In this document: piece by piece, positions 29,360 to 38,378 of the stretch
Position numbering within the stretch: position 1 is the stretch's first letter
Layout: each line of letters begins with the position of its first letter
Virus record (IMG/VR): IMGVR_UViG_3300043468_001414
Span: 32,664 to 96,663 of that record
Source: a virus
Strand: one strand, 5' to 3'
DNA: 64,000 nucleotides
The notes under the pieces: model-generated
Told to the model about the DNA's origin: nothing
Database searches by the model: none
Seen by the model: the letters and a program-made list of their open reading frames with translations, nothing else
Position numbers and translations under genes: made by a program

Positions 29360-30679
29360 GTGGTGGATTCGACTGAAATAAAACAGAGGGTATCTTTGCG
29401 CTCATTACTTGAGCGTGACAATGTGGATGTGCGGCGGGCGGGGGCGAGCTGGGTGGCTTGCTGTCCGATCCATAATGAGGATACGCCTTCCTTTCATTTG
29501 CATGAATCGGCTGGGGGCGATTGGTTTAAGTGCTTTGGCTGTGATGCGAAGGGGGATATCTTCGAATATTGGCAGCAGACTCGGGGCGGAGATTTTAAAA
29601 AGGCTCTGGAGGATTTGGCGGCGATTGCGGGGCTGGGCGGGAAGATTTCGGATTCGGCGAAGCCGCTGCCGAAGCGTGAGGTGCGGGAGGAGGAGGCTCC
29701 TGTGGAGATCGCTCCGCTGGATGCCGAGGCGTTGCTGAAATGGGAGCGGGCGGCGGCGGAGCTTTACACGGATTCTGAGGAAGTGGCGCGGTGGGCGGCA
29801 TGGCGGGGATTGCGGCCTGCGGTGATCGAGTGGGCGGGGCGGCGGGGGTTGTGCGGACGGGCGATGATGTATGGGGAGTGGCGGGAGGCGTTTTTGATCC
29901 GTGATGTGCGGGACGGGGTGGTGCGGGATATGGGATTCCATGTGCGGATCGCTCCGCGCAAGGCAGAGAAGGCGAGCTGGCGCTACTCGAATCGATGGGT
30001 GCAGGGGGAGCGGTTGGAGTGCGAGACTTCGAGGGGGCTGGGGGCATGGCCGTTTGTGATTCTGCCCGAGGGCGGTATCCAAGAGGCGCGTTATATTTTT
30101 TGCTGCGAGGGGCAGTGGGATGCGCTGGCGCTGGTGGATGTGATGGGTTGGGAGGCAAAGTGGCCAGGCGTGGCGGTCTTCGGGATGCGGGGCGCGACGA
30201 GTTGGAAAAAATTTATGGAATATGATCTGAGGAAGGATGCGGTGGCTTTCTTGATGGCAGATAACGACGATGCGGGGCGTGGGTGGTTTGTGGGCGAGCA
30301 GAATTTCGCTGATGAGCTGCGCAAGCGGGTGAGGTCGGTGCACGGGTATTCTCCGGAGGCGAAGGATTTGAATGACGAGGTGCGGGGGATGGATGAGGGG
30401 AAACGGGAAATTTTCCGTGCCTTTTTAAGAACTCGCATCGCCAAGCAAAAGGGGAAGGTGAAGGTGAAGCCGACTTTCCTGCGGTGGCTGGCGGGGGAGA
30501 AGAAAAAGGAGCGCACGGACGGGGTGGTGGAATTCGCGAAGGTGGCGACTCGGCGGGGGGCGGTAGTGCCGAAGGGTAGGCCGAGGAAGCGGGTATGGGT
30601 GAAGTTTGTGCAAGGGGTTTGGCCTGAGCATGAGGCGGCGTTTTTGAAGGCTTGGGGTGAGTGGGAGGCGATCAAGTGA
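29360..30679 (+). CDS. DnaG-like primase (CHC2 zinc finger plus Toprim)
   Basis: CPIHNEDTPSF..FKCFGC..GD; CEGQWDAL; ADNDDAG; KDLND. Confidence 0.9.
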   Translation: MVDSTEIKQRVSLRSLLERDNVDVRRAGASWVACCPIHNEDTPSFHLHESAGGDWFKCFGCDAKGDIFEYWQQTRGGDFKKALEDLAAIAGLGGKISDSAKPLPKREVREEEAPVEIAPLDAEALLKWERAAAELYTDSEEVARWAAWRGLRPAVIEWAGRRGLCGRAMMYGEWREAFLIRDVRDGVVRDMGFHVRIAPRKAEKASWRYSNRWVQGERLECETSRGLGAWPFVILPEGGIQEARYIFCCEGQWDALALVDVMGWEAKWPGVAVFGMRGATSWKKFMEYDLRKDAVAFLMADNDDAGRGWFVGEQNFADELRKRVRSVHGYSPEAKDLNDEVRGMDEGKREIFRAFLRTRIAKQKGKVKVKPTFLRWLAGEKKKERTDGVVEFAKVATRRGAVVPKGRPRKRVWVKFVQGVWPEHEAAFLKAWGEWEAIK

Positions 30680-31179
30680 GCGCGGCGGCGAATGCGATAG
30701 TGCAAGCTGGTGCACAGGGTCTTGGCTTGCATGAGGTGCTGACGGGGGCGATGGCGGCGGAGTTTGGTCCTTTGCCGTTGATTTCGTTGCCGCAGGAGGA
30801 GGCGTTGCTCGTAAAATTCGTAAGGCAGATGGGGATCGTGCTTTCTAATAAGGGGATATATCGCCGTGATTCTGTGGTGGTGATGCCGGATTGGGAGGCT
30901 CATCGCTTGAATATCCTCGAGGCAAAGACCTTTTGCTCTTGGGCGCAGCGCCATGTGGTGAACTACAAACTGCGCTATGATAAGAATGGGGAGCCTTTTA
31001 CGACTTACAAGGATATGCCGACTGAGATCGCGGAGAAGACTCTGACATCGGTTGATTTCCTCCCGCATATACCGGCTATCAAGAAGGTTTTGCCTATTCC
31101 GATGCCAGTGCTGGCTGGCGATGATTTTTCTTTACTGAAATCCGGGTTTGATGCTGGGCGATATACTTTTAAGTTTTAA
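30676..31179 (+). CDS. N-terminal part of a split primase-associated ATPase/helicase
   Basis: GTGA-coupled to primase; ends ..LLKSGFD.., resembling the PGYD segment that normally precedes the FPF/Walker A region found in 32676..33920. Confidence 0.5.
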   Translation: MSAAANAIVQAGAQGLGLHEVLTGAMAAEFGPLPLISLPQEEALLVKFVRQMGIVLSNKGIYRRDSVVVMPDWEAHRLNILEAKTFCSWAQRHVVNYKLRYDKNGEPFTTYKDMPTEIAEKTLTSVDFLPHIPAIKKVLPIPMPVLAGDDFSLLKSGFDAGRYTFKF

Positions 31180-31232
31180 TAATTTATGAAAAATACAGAG
31201 GCGCAGAAACAAAACAAAAAACGAAAAAATAA

Positions 31233-31811
31233 ATGAAAACGATAAAAGTTAAATGGAGTGGCATTCGCCCTCTTGTCATGCACAACGGATTGATGGCTGA
31301 TCCTACCAACCCATTGGTGCGCAGAATTAAAGAAATCACAAGCAAGGGGAGTAAGAAAATGACGGATTCTGATTATGAGGAGCGGGATCGCTTAGAGTGG
31401 GAGGCTGGTTTGTATTGGGATTCGGAAGACGGGCTGATCATGCCCTCCGACAACATCGAGCGCTGCGTGCAGCTCGGGGCGCAGAAGTCTCGAATCGGAA
31501 AAGATGTGCAGGCAGCTGTATTCTGCGCGAATACTCATGTTCCAATTGTTTATGATGGGCCTAAAGATAAAGATAAGCTTTACGATGATCCTCGCTTTTC
31601 TTTGCGGAAGGGCGTGGCGGTGCAAAAGAGCCGAATTATTAGAATTCGGCCAATGATCCCGACTGGCTGGACGATGGCTTTCGACTTGGAGTTTGATGAA
31701 GGCATCGTGAATCCAAAGAATTTGATGAAGGCTATGACGGATGCCGGTTCGCTTGTGGGGCTCGGTGATTGGCGGCCGAAATTTGGTCGGTTCTTAGTCG
31801 AAGAGATTTAA
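31233..31811 (+). CDS. Stand-alone Cas7/RAMP-like protein (putative RNA-guided effector backbone)
   Basis: N-terminal strand I.VKWSGIRPLVMH, central MPSDNIERC, RIRP..GW...F.LEF and C-terminal Gly-rich loop AG..VGLGDWRPKFGRF; 192 aa. Confidence 0.75.
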   Translation: MKTIKVKWSGIRPLVMHNGLMADPTNPLVRRIKEITSKGSKKMTDSDYEERDRLEWEAGLYWDSEDGLIMPSDNIERCVQLGAQKSRIGKDVQAAVFCANTHVPIVYDGPKDKDKLYDDPRFSLRKGVAVQKSRIIRIRPMIPTGWTMAFDLEFDEGIVNPKNLMKAMTDAGSLVGLGDWRPKFGRFLVEEI

Positions 31812-31812
31812 T

Positions 31813-32175
31813 GGCACGATTTCCCATAGCGCGGCTCGGAGGGGCTTGGCAAGGCAAGGCTAGGCACGGCGTGGCAAACACACAGCATCCCTATGGGGGT
31901 GCTGAAGTTTGCTGGGCACGGCTGGGCACGGCGGGGCTCGGCTCGGCAAGGCAAGGCAAGGCAAACACACAGCATCCCATGGGGGTGCTGAAGTTTGCGT
32001 GGCTAGGCTTGGAAAGGCTGGGCCAGGCAAGGCGAGGCAAGGCCTGGCGCGGCAAACACACAGCATCCCGTGGGGTGCTGAAGTTTGCGGCGAGGCAAGG
32101 CACGGAAAGGCTAGGCGAGGTCTGGCCAGGCAAGGCATGGCAAACACACAGCATCCCGTGGGTGCTGAAGTTTGC
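31813..32175 (+). ncRNA. Putative guide-RNA array: four units of (GGC-NN)x9-11 plus a conserved hairpin
   Basis: Phased pentamers; conserved GGCAAACACACAGCATCCC..GGGTGCTGAAGTTTGC at 31873, 31960, 32051 and 32139. Confidence 0.8.
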
Positions 32176-32200
32176 TGAAAAAATAAAAACGAAAGGAAAA

Positions 32201-32674
32201 ATGATGGAAAATACAATAGAAAACATGGAGGTCGTAAGGCTTCCGCTTTGGAAAAACTGCTATGAGGAAATGCTGCGAGATGGAGTGGATTATGGTTCTG
32301 CTTATAGCACGGAGTATTTCGAGGAGAGATTGAAGGTGGGGCGGGACAGCATGGCGTTTGGAATGGATATTTCAAAAATCCGAGCGGCATTGCTCTCGCA
32401 TGGGTATTTTTTGAGCGGTAGAGGCCAAAAGGGGGAACAATTTGTGGTGGTGAGGGCTGCGGCGAATGCAGCTGTGATGGAAAACTTTCAAGCTCAAGCA
32501 ATCAAGGCGTTAAAAGCAGGAGTGATCTTGGGGACGAATACCAAGCTCGATGTGCTGACTGATGAGGAACGGAGGAAGCATGAATCGACGCTGGAGAGGC
32601 TGGCGATTCGCGCGGCCTTGGTTTCAAGAAAAATGCCATTGCTCAAAAAGGCTCTTAATTCTTTAGAATCTTAA
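32201..32674 (+). CDS. Accessory protein of the RAMP/array cassette
   Basis: AAAGGA SD then ATG directly after the array; 157 aa. Confidence 0.7.
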   Translation: MMENTIENMEVVRLPLWKNCYEEMLRDGVDYGSAYSTEYFEERLKVGRDSMAFGMDISKIRAALLSHGYFLSGRGQKGEQFVVVRAAANAAVMENFQAQAIKALKAGVILGTNTKLDVLTDEERRKHESTLERLAIRAALVSRKMPLLKKALNSLES

Positions 32675-32675
32675 T

Positions 32676-33920
32676 ATGAATATGGAAATTAGAAAAACGC
32701 CTGTCAGCGATGACATGCCATACTATGACTGGACTTTGCGGGAAAGCACGACCTACTTGAGGGAGATCTTGCAGGAGTTCCCTTTTGCGGATTGGAAAAC
32801 AGAAATCATTCAAGATGAGGAGGGGGAACTGGAGGTCCGGCAGAGTCGCAGTCAAGCAGTCCAGGTCGCGGCGATGCTGAGCTTGTTTTGCACGGCGATG
32901 TTGCCCGATGGGGCGAATCGTATGGGATTTATCTATAATGCAAATAGTCAGCGGTCTGGCAAGACTTTGCTGGCGAAGTTGGCGATTATGGCGGTCTGTG
33001 GTGTTTTTAAAGCGCAGCCGTGGAAGGGGAACGAAGACGATCTCAATAAAGTGCTGGATTCAGAGATGCTGGCAGGGTCTCTTTATATTTGCTTCGACAA
33101 TGTGAGGGGCTATATGGGGAGTCAGACGCTGGAGGGCTTGATGACGGCTCCGCAGTGGACTGGCCGTGTGCTGGGTAAGACGCAGATGTTCACCGCAGAG
33201 AATCACATGAATCTCTTCATTACGGGGAACGATTGCATTGTATCGCCGGACATGGCGCATCGGTGCTTGATTTGCGATCTTTTTGTGGAGCAGGGTGATG
33301 TGCAGGAGCGACAAGTCAAGAATCTGATCGATGAGGTGTGGTTGATGGATATTGAGAATCGGAGGAATATCCTTTCGGCTTTATGGGGGTTGGCGAAGCA
33401 CTGGAACAAGGCGGGGCGTCCTACTGCTACAAGCCTTGGATTTAAGCCGAGGTTGGGTTTTGAGCGGTGGGGGGATTTGATCGGAGGGATTGTCGGAGCG
33501 GCTGGCTTCGGGAATCCGCTGGAGAAAGTGCAGTTGGAGTCAGCCGGTGACTCTGAGGAGCGGAATATCCATAAGCTGATTGATCGGATGCGGGATATGG
33601 CTTTAGGCGAGAGCCGAGGAGAGTTTAGCTTCCAGCAAGTTGTTGATTTTTGCCACGATGATGGGCTTTTTGATTATATGCTTGATGGAAAGGAGACTCA
33701 AGACGGGTATAAGCTCAATGCGTCTTCAACGAGTAGGTTTGGGTTAACCTTGAATCGATACGCTCCGAAGGTAAGCGGGGGATTTTGCGGAAAAGATGCA
33801 GATAAAACAAGGCCTCCCCGCAAGTATCGCCGAAAGGCAGAGGAAGGGCATGAGGAAGTCGTGGCTTTTGGATGTTTCGGCGATGGCCGTCATCGCCGTT
33901 ATTACATCGAGTGGAAATAG
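32676..33920 (+). CDS. P-loop ATPase/helicase of the replication module (C-terminal part)
   Basis: EFPF, Walker A NSQRSGKT, Walker B CFDN, R.LG, ITGN, D..HR. Confidence 0.8.
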   Translation: MNMEIRKTPVSDDMPYYDWTLRESTTYLREILQEFPFADWKTEIIQDEEGELEVRQSRSQAVQVAAMLSLFCTAMLPDGANRMGFIYNANSQRSGKTLLAKLAIMAVCGVFKAQPWKGNEDDLNKVLDSEMLAGSLYICFDNVRGYMGSQTLEGLMTAPQWTGRVLGKTQMFTAENHMNLFITGNDCIVSPDMAHRCLICDLFVEQGDVQERQVKNLIDEVWLMDIENRRNILSALWGLAKHWNKAGRPTATSLGFKPRLGFERWGDLIGGIVGAAGFGNPLEKVQLESAGDSEERNIHKLIDRMRDMALGESRGEFSFQQVVDFCHDDGLFDYMLDGKETQDGYKLNASSTSRFGLTLNRYAPKVSGGFCGKDADKTRPPRKYRRKAEEGHEEVVAFGCFGDGRHRRYYIEWK

Positions 33921-33940
33921 CGACATCGGAGATAATCTTT

Positions 33941-33972
33941 AAGGGTGACAGGAATCCCTGTCACCCTTTTTT
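33941..33972 (+). terminator. Rho-independent terminator
   Basis: AAGGGTGACAGG-AATC-CCTGTCACCCTT plus T tract. Confidence 0.85.
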
Positions 33973-34405
33973 ATGCTCGCAAACCATTGCTATTCATGCT
34001 CCGCGAGGGTTTGGGCGGGGGTCTTGCCATACCACTGCCCTATAAATAACATTGATTAGTATGTTGTTGCTGATTTTAGAATAGGTAGGAGTGGGTAGGA
34101 GGGGGTTTCTTGAGCTATAAAAAAAATCAAAGAAATGCAAAAATGCGTTGTTTTTATATAATACAGGAAATACCCCCGACAACCCCTGCCCACGGTTTTT
34201 TTTAATTGAAATGCTTTGCGCTTGCTGCTGTTAAGTTGGGCAGGGGTTAAGCGAACCCCCCGCCTAAACCCCCGCCTTTTTCAACCACCACCGTGGTAAA
34301 GGAATCTTTTTGGCTGGAAACTGGTAGGTTTCTGCGAAGCAGGTCCCAAGTTATCTTATGCGCTGGTTACAGGTTGACAAGTTACAATGAGGTTGGTGGC
34401 TCATT

Positions 34406-35083
34406 ATGCAGCAAAATCAACCAGGGAAATCTCTGGTGGTGGAAATCGCAAGTGCGTGGGGCACTTCGCGAGCCTATGTCTACAAGCTGGCCAAAAAAGG
34501 CTGCCCGGTAGACTCAATCGACGCGGCCAATGAATGGCGAAGCGCAAATGCAAAGCTTGGGGTTGGGTATCGGAGTCGCTCCGCGACACCTTCCCTCTCT
34601 GAAGATGAAGAAGGCGAGGTTGGAATAGGTGCAGGGGTCGCGGAACAACAACCCAACTGGGGTGCGGGGCGGAAGTCTTATTGTAAGACTCGCATTAATG
34701 TTCGCACTATTGAGAAATCTTTGAAGCAAGCGATTGAAATTGAGCGTATGGCTGCTGAGGTTGTTAATGCCGCGCAGGCGAATCCCGAGAAAATGGTTAC
34801 TGCGATTAATGCTTACAATAAAGCGCTTGCGAATCGAATGGAAGCGGAGAAAAAAGTTCTCGAGTATCAGGAGGTTCGCAAGCTCTTGATCCCGATCGAT
34901 GTTGCAAAAGACTTGATTAATAAGGCTTGGCTTCCGCTTTTGGCTCGCCTTCGAAGCGCGCCGAAACGGGCCGCAATGAAAGCAAATCCTTCTGATGATA
35001 CATTGGCTGAGGCGGTCTTCAAGGAGGAGATTGAGTCTGCAATCAAGGAGGGGCAAGATTGCTATGCCGCGGTTTTCGCATAA
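34406..35083 (+). CDS. Terminase small subunit (Nu1-like)
   Basis: N-terminal HTH IASAWGTSRAYVYKLAKKGCP plus coiled coil; upstream of TerL. Confidence 0.7.
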   Translation: MQQNQPGKSLVVEIASAWGTSRAYVYKLAKKGCPVDSIDAANEWRSANAKLGVGYRSRSATPSLSEDEEGEVGIGAGVAEQQPNWGAGRKSYCKTRINVRTIEKSLKQAIEIERMAAEVVNAAQANPEKMVTAINAYNKALANRMEAEKKVLEYQEVRKLLIPIDVAKDLINKAWLPLLARLRSAPKRAAMKANPSDDTLAEAVFKEEIESAIKEGQDCYAAVFA

Positions 35084-36899
35084 TAAAGAAGTTGTCGATG
35101 CTTTGACATCGGCGATGGTTGCAGCGCTCTCGCAGCCTCCAGAGGTTACGGTTTGGGAGTGGCTTGAAGAAAATGTCACGCTGACCGAGAGAGAGAGCCA
35201 AAGCGAGCCAGGCAAGTTTTCCACGCGCTCTAGGCCGTATATGCGCGAGCCGCTGGAATGTTTCCGTGACAAGCGAGTGACCGACTTGGTGCTTTGTTTT
35301 GGGACGCAAACAGGGAAAACCATGACTGTCATGGGCGGGGTCGGCTATCGCGTCGCGGTAGATCCCATGAACGCCCTTTGGGTGTTGCCGAATCGCGATC
35401 TCGCCAAAAGCTTCTCGCAGAACCGCTGGTTCCCTTTTATCGAAAATTGCCCGCCGCTTAATGCCATGAAGCCACTCGGCAAAGACCGGCATCTTTGGAC
35501 AAGGCTTGAGCAATGGTTTGCTCGCAGCACCCTGACCTGGGTTGGCAGCAACTCGCCCAGCCAATTGGCTTCGCGTCCTGCTGGACTCGTCTGCATGGAT
35601 GAAACGGACAAATTTGAGCTGAAAAGCGATCGCGAGGCTGGGGCGTTGCAGAACGCCGAGGAGCGCACAAAGTCATTCCCCTACCCTCTCCGCGTGAAAA
35701 CCAGCACGCCCACCACGAAGCACGGCCAGATTTGGAGCGAGTTCATGCTGGGCGATCAGAGGTTCTTCTATTTGCCATGCCCCCACTGCGGCACGATGAT
35801 TAAGCTCCTGTGGGGGCAAGTCCGCTGGTGGGAGCATGACGAGAGCGAGAGCAAGACCGATGGGGATTGGGATCTCGAAAAAGTCCGTCGCAATACTTAT
35901 TACCGCTGCCAAGAATGCGAGGGCAAGATCCTCGACGCGCAGAAAACCGCCATGCTCCGGCAAGGCGAGTGGCGTGCCGAGAACTCCCGAGGGCTATTCG
36001 GTCGGCGCAGCTATCACTTGAATTCTCTCTACGCTCCGCTCAAGGAAACGCAGTGGGGCAATCTGGCCGCGAAGTGGCTCATGACCAAGGGCAATCCTTC
36101 CCGCCGCCAAGCATTCATTAACTCCACTCTCGCCGAGCCGTGGGACAATGAGCTTCTGGTCGATGACGAGACGATCTCCATCACGCTCTACGACCGGCAA
36201 GAACTCCCGCCCGAGCGCATTCCGATCGCCACGATCGACGTCCAGGAGAATCACTTCTGGATGGTTATTCGGGCGTGGAGCACTCCGAAAATGGAAGGAG
36301 GCCAGCAGAGCTGGCTTTTGTTTGAGGGCAAGGTCGATACGATTGAGGAGATCGAGCGGCTTGTAGCCGAGCACCATGTCGAGCCACGGCGCGTCGGCAT
36401 GGATATGGCACACAAGCCGAATACCGTCTCCGCGTGGATGGTAAAAAACGGATGGCGCGGCCTGTGGGGTCGCGATAATTCGCAAGGCTACATCCATAGT
36501 GCTGTAGGCGCTCCGAGAGTTTTCAAGGACTACTCGCAAGTCCAGCGCCGCGATCCGCATCTCGGCACCATTTACCAGAACGAAGGCAACGAAAAGGCGC
36601 TATTTCTCTATTGGAGTAACGATCGCATCAAGGATCGTCTCGCTGCCTTGCGGGATAGCGGGCGTTGGCATGTGCATCCAGGGATTTCGAAGGACTATGT
36701 TCACCAGATCAACGCCGAGTCGAAGGAGATCAAGCGATCTCCCGTGACCGGGCGGATTACTTACTACTGGAAGCAAGTCCGTAGGGACAATCACTTGTTC
36801 GACTGCGAGGCCATGCAGGTCGTGATGGCACTTGTCGGCGGTGTTCTGGAGGAAGAGGCGTCTGCTCAAGGGCAGCTTCACTTGACGCCTTCCGCGTAG
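35064..36899 (+). CDS. Terminase large subunit, lambda GpA family
   Basis: PY.REP, GTQTGKT, MDETD, STPT, GDQR..PCPHC, IDVQ, DNHLFDC. Confidence 0.92.
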   Translation: MPRFSHNKEVVDALTSAMVAALSQPPEVTVWEWLEENVTLTERESQSEPGKFSTRSRPYMREPLECFRDKRVTDLVLCFGTQTGKTMTVMGGVGYRVAVDPMNALWVLPNRDLAKSFSQNRWFPFIENCPPLNAMKPLGKDRHLWTRLEQWFARSTLTWVGSNSPSQLASRPAGLVCMDETDKFELKSDREAGALQNAEERTKSFPYPLRVKTSTPTTKHGQIWSEFMLGDQRFFYLPCPHCGTMIKLLWGQVRWWEHDESESKTDGDWDLEKVRRNTYYRCQECEGKILDAQKTAMLRQGEWRAENSRGLFGRRSYHLNSLYAPLKETQWGNLAAKWLMTKGNPSRRQAFINSTLAEPWDNELLVDDETISITLYDRQELPPERIPIATIDVQENHFWMVIRAWSTPKMEGGQQSWLLFEGKVDTIEEIERLVAEHHVEPRRVGMDMAHKPNTVSAWMVKNGWRGLWGRDNSQGYIHSAVGAPRVFKDYSQVQRRDPHLGTIYQNEGNEKALFLYWSNDRIKDRLAALRDSGRWHVHPGISKDYVHQINAESKEIKRSPVTGRITYYWKQVRRDNHLFDCEAMQVVMALVGGVLEEEASAQGQLHLTPSA

Positions 36900-36903
36900 G
36901 TTA

Positions 36904-37101
36904 ATGAAAATAAACTCCCTTTGCAAATACCTCAAGCAGTCCAAGCTCGATCCTGTAAAAGCCATGAATGACTTGCAGGATCATGGGGTTATATCAGATA
37001 ACTGCATCGACGCGCAGGATGTCGGCGACTCCGAAGCCGCCGTGCAGTGGCTCATCGCTCGCGCGGCACTCGAGAAGACGACAGGGTTTCAGAAGCCATG
37101 A
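36904..37101 (+). CDS. Hypothetical protein
   Basis: MN.LQDHG.ISDNC motif; TTGAC motif upstream. Confidence 0.6.
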   Translation: MKINSLCKYLKQSKLDPVKAMNDLQDHGVISDNCIDAQDVGDSEAAVQWLIARAALEKTTGFQKP

Positions 37102-37246
37102 TGGAAATTTCTACGCAAATCATCTATCTTTTATTTTCGGTCGGCATCGGCTTTTGGTGCTATCGGCTAGGGTTTCTGGACGGCGCCGCCGCCCAACGCC
37201 GACAGGATCGAGAGAAAGAGTCCCGTTGGCGCGAATTCGAAGACCT

Positions 37247-37528
37247 GTGAGTGGCATCCTCGACACGGCCAAGGAGATTACGAGCGGGGATCGCAGGCGC
37301 GATTATGATGCCGCTCTGCCGAATCACCAGCGCATCGCCGCGCTGTGGAATGCTTACTTGCAGAGCCGTGCCGAGCCACAGGCCGCAGTCAGTCCGCTCG
37401 ATGCCGCTCACATGATGATCCTGCTCAAGCTCGCCCGCGCGTGCAAGACGCCCACCCGTGATACCTATGTCGATATCGCGGGTTACGCCAGATGCTCGGC
37501 AGAGATTTTAGGTTTTGAAAATGAATAA
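37247..37528 (+). CDS. DUF6378-like (dNTP diphosphohydrolase-like) protein
   Basis: GDR..DY.....N..RIA..W..YL..MILLK.AR....D..VDIAGY. Confidence 0.8.
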   Translation: MSGILDTAKEITSGDRRRDYDAALPNHQRIAALWNAYLQSRAEPQAAVSPLDAAHMMILLKLARACKTPTRDTYVDIAGYARCSAEILGFENE

Positions 37529-37799
37529 TAATCCCACCAAAGAAGAGTTGATCGCCGTCATGAAAGTGAATGCCAGTGCCGACGAGCTGGTTTCCGGCTT
37601 GGAGGGGTTAAATCTCGGGTGGTCGCTCGATTCGACTGGACGGCTTATCGAGGCGCGCGTCTGGAATTGGCCTTATGTCATAGGCCGGTATCGGCCTGAT
37701 TCCGTGGAGCCTCTTGCGATGATGCTTCGTGGGGCGATCTCGGACGCGGTGATTTTTTGCGGCGGGCAGGCGAGCGACACGGATGAGCGGTTAGGTTAG
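37521..37799 (+). CDS. Hypothetical protein
   Basis: Last ORF of the + strand block. Confidence 0.45.
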   Translation: MNNNPTKEELIAVMKVNASADELVSGLEGLNLGWSLDSTGRLIEARVWNWPYVIGRYRPDSVEPLAMMLRGAISDAVIFCGGQASDTDERLG

Positions 37800-37906
37800 G
37801 AATTTCTAGCCACCGCCACATCGAGGTCGGGAAACGTCCGTATGGGCGTTGCAACCTTGGAAACCCGGCGTCTGTAAAGGGGATGCATACCCGTCCCCGC
37901 CGCAAT

Positions 37907-38155
37907 TCACTCCTCGGAGAGCGAGCGATGGTAGGCCATGAAGAAGTCGCCAGCCTCGCGCATGAGGCTTGCTAATGAGGCGGCTGGGTCGTTGATTGTA
38001 TTCTGAACATCATAGTAAGCATGATCGATATCCAGAAACTCTGGCGTGCCTTGGCCATCGACAAACTCCATAATGAAGCGAGGCCAGTGATTGTGGATGA
38101 CAAACTCGCGGTCGCCAGCGAGGTCTTCGGCGTAGAGGAATTTAGGTAGGTTCAT
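37907..38155 (-). CDS. Hypothetical protein
   Basis: PKFL.A.......FV.H...PRF..LMREAGDF family pattern. Confidence 0.6.
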   Translation of the reverse strand: MNLPKFLYAEDLAGDREFVIHNHWPRFIMEFVDGQGTPEFLDIDHAYYDVQNTINDPAASLASLMREAGDFFMAYHRSLSEE

Positions 38156-38378
38156 GGCGTGGGCAACGCGTGGAATTTTCCAGACTCGTCGGCCTTGTAT
38201 AGTCGTCCTTCTGTGTAGCTCATCGCGTAGGGATACATCGTGTCGTTCATTTCACGCTGGGCTCGGACAACGGCGTCGAGCGCGTCTCGGAGGGCTTGGC
38301 GCACCGGAGGGTTGATGTTGCGGGTCTCCACGGCGGCGAGGAGCGTGGTTTCGATTTTCTGGAGTTGGTTTTCGAGTT

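Noticed and set aside
29405-31068. Long minus-strand Pro/His-rich ORFs
   Set aside because: Shadows of the G-rich primase region
31813-32175. Canonical CRISPR array or simple satellite
   Set aside because: The inter-repeat segments are patterned GGC-NN rather than foreign spacers, no adaptation genes are present, and variation is too position-specific for a microsatellite
31769-32200. N-terminal extension of ORF 31769..32674 and overlapping ORFs 31860..32501, 31891..32226 and 31909..32178
   Set aside because: ARLG/QGKA-type low-complexity translations of the pentamer array; the real gene starts at 32201 with an SD
37800-37906. Possible riboswitch between the convergent blocks
   Set aside because: Only short hairpins and no family I can recognise
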